Source: Alphaproteobacteria bacterium
Lineage (GTDB): Bacteria > Pseudomonadota > Alphaproteobacteria > CAAHEQ01 > UBA3637
Assembly: GCA_045605805.1 (NCBI GenBank)
Contig: JAZUQR010000027.1
Location: forward strand, 160,001 to 224,000
Reading direction: 5' to 3'
Length of the DNA stretch: 64,000 nucleotides
How positions within the stretch are numbered: the stretch's first letter is position 1; each line of letters begins with the position of its first letter. Positions 60,559-64,000 of this stretch are shown piece by piece. The notes beneath the pieces were generated by a model. The model was given only the letters and a program-made list of their open reading frames with translations, made no database searches and was not told the DNA's origin. Position numbers and translations under genes: made by a program.

Positions 60559-62022
60559 TTATCCTTTCACCCGATGTGGTGTTTTATCAAAGTTTGCTTG
60601 TTTTTCCAAGACATCAGCCACTTGGAAAACCGTATTTTCGTCAAAGTGTTTGCCAATCACCTGTAAGCCAATGGGCAAGCCGTTTGAACTTAAACCAACA
60701 GGTAAAGATAACCCTGGAACACCGGCTAAACTGGCAGGGGTAGTAAAGACATCCCCCAAATAAACATCCACAGGTTTCATATTTTTCATGGCTTCTGCGG
60801 ATAAAGCAGGTGTTGGTGCGGCCGGAACCAAAAGAGCATCCACTTGCTTAAAGGCTTCAACAAAATCGTTGTAAATTAAACGACGCACGCGTTGCGCCCG
60901 AGTATAATAGGCATCATAAAAACCAGCCGATAAAACAAAAGTACCTAATAAAATCCGACGCACAACCTCATCCCCAAAACCATCAGTGCGTGTTTTTTCA
61001 TACATGTCATCCAAAGAGTCGCCCTCAATTCGGGTGGTATAGCGTACACCATCGTATCTGGATAAATTAGAGCTGGCTTCAGCACAAGCCACAATGTAAT
61101 AAACAGGCAAGGCATATTTTGTGTGCGGCAAAGAAATATCCACAATTTCGGCTCCGGCTTCTTTCAAAAATTGAATCCCTTTATCCCAAACAGCCGCCAC
61201 ATCCGGATTTAAGCCGTCTGGACGATATTCTTTGGGAATACCGATTTTTTTGCCCCGAATGTCACCGGTTAAACTGGCCACATAATCTGGCACAGGTAAA
61301 TCGGCCACAGTAGAATCTTTGTCATCCGCACCGGCCATAGCCCCCAACATCAGCGCACAATCTTTGACAGATCTGGCCATAGGGCCGGCTTGGTCTAACG
61401 AACTGGCAAAAGCCACAATACCATATCTGGAACAACGGCCATAAGTTGGTTTAATACCTGTCACACCGCAAAAACTGGCCGGTTGACGAATAGAACCACC
61501 TGTATCAGAACCGGTTGCTCCCATACATAAACCTGCTGCCACAGCGGCTGCCGACCCACCGGACGACCCCCCTGGCACTAAATCCAGATTCCATGGATTT
61601 TTGGTGGGGCCAAAATAACTGGTTAAAGTAGAACCACCCATGGCAAATTGGTCAGTATTGAGTTTACCCAACATCACTGTACCGGCATCCTTTAACTTTT
61701 GCGAAACCGTAGATTCATAAGGGGGAATAAAGCGAGATAAAATCTTGCTGGCGGCAGTTGTTTTCACACCTTTGGTACAATATAAATCCTTGTTGGCCAC
61801 AGGAATCCCTTCCAACAGGCCTGCCTGACCATTGGCACGCTTTGCATCACTGGCTTTTGCCTGTTCCAAAGCAAGTTCCGGTGTTTCGGTAATATAAGCA
61901 TTTAACACCCGCCCTTTTTCCATTTCGTTCAAATGAGCCTGCGTCAATTCCACGGATGAGATTTCTTTTTTATCTAAAAGATCCAACGCATCTGCGATGG
62001 TTAAGTTCACTAAATCTGTCAT
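60559..62022 (-). CDS. gatA: Asp/Glu-tRNA amidotransferase subunit A
   Basis: Amidase signature [25 protein letters not shown]. Confidence 0.98.
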   Translation of the reverse strand: MTDLVNLTIADALDLLDKKEISSVELTQAHLNEMEKGRVLNAYITETPELALEQAKASDAKRANGQAGLLEGIPVANKDLYCTKGVKTTAASKILSRFIPPYESTVSQKLKDAGTVMLGKLNTDQFAMGGSTLTSYFGPTKNPWNLDLVPGGSSGGSAAAVAAGLCMGATGSDTGGSIRQPASFCGVTGIKPTYGRCSRYGIVAFASSLDQAGPMARSVKDCALMLGAMAGADDKDSTVADLPVPDYVASLTGDIRGKKIGIPKEYRPDGLNPDVAAVWDKGIQFLKEAGAEIVDISLPHTKYALPVYYIVACAEASSNLSRYDGVRYTTRIEGDSLDDMYEKTRTDGFGDEVVRRILLGTFVLSAGFYDAYYTRAQRVRRLIYNDFVEAFKQVDALLVPAAPTPALSAEAMKNMKPVDVYLGDVFTTPASLAGVPGLSLPVGLSSNGLPIGLQVIGKHFDENTVFQVADVLEKQANFDKTPHRVKG

Positions 62023-62309
62023 TATTTCACCACCTTTGGCACAGTATAAAACCCTTGAATTTGTTCTGGCGCATTCAGCATCAATTCTTTTTGTAAGCCA
62101 CCATCTGTCACTTCATCCTGACGCATAGGGGCATTGCCCTGTGTCACAGAAACCAATGGTTCCACGCCTTCAATATCTACTTCTTTTAATTCTTCCACCC
62201 AATCCAAAATACTTTGCAGGTCAGACAAAATCTTTTCTTCTCTGTCAGCCGGCAGTTTTAATCTGGATAAAGCAGATAAGTTTTCAATAGTTTGCTGATT
62301 TAACGCCAT
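62022..62309 (-). CDS. gatC: Asp/Glu-tRNA amidotransferase subunit C
   Basis: LSRL, VEPL, MRxDEV, NAP, VPKVV; ATG 62309 after AAGGAG. Confidence 0.93.
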   Translation of the reverse strand: MALNQQTIENLSALSRLKLPADREEKILSDLQSILDWVEELKEVDIEGVEPLVSVTQGNAPMRQDEVTDGGLQKELMLNAPEQIQGFYTVPKVVK

Positions 62310-62429
62310 TTTATTCTCCTTATCAAATGTAAAAAGTATGCAAGATTTTTGAAAAAAAGTCAAGGAAAAAGCATTTTTTACTTTTCATTTATGATAATTT
62401 AGGGTATGAATAATATAAAGGAGATTAAA

Positions 62430-62723
62430 ATGCGCACACCAATCTTAAAAGCAGTCTGTATGCCACCACGCCTTTTTTGGGCGCCGTTTGTGCCTGCAAT
62501 GGCCAATTTTGTGATACAGGCAGCCGGTATGTTCATTATGATTGGTTTATTTAATGTGAACCCATTGGTATCGTTGATAACAATTTTAATTGGGCATACG
62601 ATATTGGTGATTCTGGGAACACGAGAACCGCATTTGTCACATATGTTAAAAGCATGGGGAACCTCAGGCCCCACAAGTAGTCATAACATCTATCCTTCCA
62701 AAGGGGTAAAATTGGCACCATGA
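62430..62723 (+). CDS. virB3: VirB3-family type IV secretion protein
   Basis: PILKAxxxPPRLFWAP, two hydrophobic segments, REP motif, terminal LAP; coupled to the VirB4-like ORF. Confidence 0.75.
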   Translation: MRTPILKAVCMPPRLFWAPFVPAMANFVIQAAGMFIMIGLFNVNPLVSLITILIGHTILVILGTREPHLSHMLKAWGTSGPTSSHNIYPSKGVKLAP

Positions 62724-64000
62724 ATAATATAGATGCAAACATTGTTGATTTTATTTTAAGAAGTGCATCGTCATTCCCGATGATTTTGGCCGTGTTGGGG
62801 TTGATAGCAGCCATTTTAATTTCTTTTGCTTCCGTATCCAAAATCGGGGAATGGGTTTTGCCTAAACCAAAAGAAACAAAGTTATCTGACTTTTTACCAT
62901 TTGAATATATGGATGAAGATGGGGCCACAATTCATTTAAGAAATGGGTCGCTGGCTCGTGTGTTTGAAGTGACGGGTGTGGACAGTACTTTAATGGCCCC
63001 CGAAGAAAGAATGGCATTGACAAGTTCACGCAAGCAATGGCTGGATTCAATGGCAGAATTGGAAATTGTAATCAGAATGATAACGGTGCGTGACAAAGTG
63101 CATCTAGAACAAATGGAATCATTCAAAGATAATAAACTGCTTCGGCAAATTGATGAACTGTGGATGCAAGATTTACATCGTGTTTTTAAGAACAGACACT
63201 ATATTGTGCTGTGTGTGAACGACCGTAAAGAAGCGATGCGTGATTTAGATCAAGCATGCAGTGCTTTAACCTCCATCATGGATTTATACCATCCGGTTTT
63301 GTTATCAGAACAGGAAAATATCCACCAAGAAGATAAAAGCCCCTTGTGGTTATATGCCCGTTTGGCCAGTCCGCTTTCTCGGCCAAAGCCGTTGGTTCAT
63401 GGGGAGCAGGGAGATTATCTGAACACACTTTTAACTTCGGACTATGTACACTTTTCAAAAGATGAAGGGATTGTGCGTTTCTTTTCGGGGGACCGGGATA
63501 AATTGGCCATTATGATGGGAGTTCGCAAACCAGGTGATTTTATGGATGAACAAATGGTGGCGGATTTGCTCAGTATTGATATAGAGCTTACCTTATTACA
63601 TAATGTGAAGGCCATCCCTATGTCAAAATCAACGGCAATTTTACTCAACCAGCGCAAAATGGCGTATATGACAAGTTTTTCACAAAATGTGTTAGATCAA
63701 TTTGATGAAGCACTAGCCTCATTGGATGCCACGGATGTGGATAGCCAAACCTTAAACGAATATGCCATGTCCATCATTTTGTATGGTGATTCACCTGAGG
63801 AATTAAAGTTTGGACAAGAAGAAGTGGAACGCATTTGCCGCATTCATAATGTGACACCTGTTCGGGAAGGGTGGTCAGCCCAAGCAGTGTTTTTCAATCA
63901 ATTTCCAACCTATGATGTATATCCAAGAACCTATTTGTATTTGTCTAATGTGGTGGCGTGCGCCACAATGATTGACCAACCCAGTGAAGGGCGTAAAAAG
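62720..64000 (+). CDS. virB4: VirB4-family T4SS ATPase, N-terminal part (runs off the window)
   Basis: ATGA overlap with virB3; translated by hand MNNIDAN...LSDFLPFEYMDEDGATIHLRNGSLARVFEVTG..., FFNQFP near the end; absent from the ORF track; Walker motifs not in window. Confidence 0.78.
   Translation, partial: MNNIDANIVDFILRSASSFPMILAVLGLIAAILISFASVSKIGEWVLPKPKETKLSDFLPFEYMDEDGATIHLRNGSLARVFEVTGVDSTLMAPEERMALTSSRKQWLDSMAELEIVIRMITVRDKVHLEQMESFKDNKLLRQIDELWMQDLHRVFKNRHYIVLCVNDRKEAMRDLDQACSALTSIMDLYHPVLLSEQENIHQEDKSPLWLYARLASPLSRPKPLVHGEQGDYLNTLLTSDYVHFSKDEGIVRFFSGDRDKLAIMMGVRKPGDFMDEQMVADLLSIDIELTLLHNVKAIPMSKSTAILLNQRKMAYMTSFSQNVLDQFDEALASLDATDVDSQTLNEYAMSIILYGDSPEELKFGQEEVERICRIHNVTPVREGWSAQAVFFNQFPTYDVYPRTYLYLSNVVACATMIDQPSEGRKK

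Noticed and set aside
62551-63657. Short minus-strand ORFs at the window end
   Set aside because: Antisense to virB3 and the VirB4-like frame starting at 62720.

Overview
Origin-proximal chromosomal segment of an AT-rich Alphaproteobacterium. The class call rests on a GAAC-N7-GAAC LexA box, lpxI, FzlA- and TipN/GPR-like genes and an alpha-type rpsO leader; a reduced, host-associated lifestyle is inference. Most of the window is housekeeping: cdsA-rseP-bamA-skp-lpxD-lpxA-lpxI-lpxB, rpsO-pnp, rimP-nusA-infB-rbfA-truB, rpsB-tsf-frr-uppS, recA, alaS, thrS, tkt-fba-rpe-phoB, dnaQ-rsmG-parAB, mutS, gatCAB and the start of a virB3-virB4 locus. oriC most likely lies at ~45.0-45.3 kb (DnaA boxes, AT-rich tract, four parS sites nearby). 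The most unusual structure is at 28.85-31.96 kb: two integrase-less, single-gene cassettes stacked at the 3' end of tRNA-Ser(GCT). Each has a 6-bp CCGCCA core, a ~195-bp structured arm with IHF-like and T-loop-like half-sites, and a 28-bp conserved opposite end. Other points of interest: DnaA-box/parS composite sites written into dnaQ and rsmG, a MazEF-like pair with a degenerate toxin active site coupled to a polarity-landmark-like gene and with operator-like boxes also upstream of greA, a tandem dead/live HNH protein, and two small ORFs missed by the ORF track. All calls come from reading the sequence; no searches were run.
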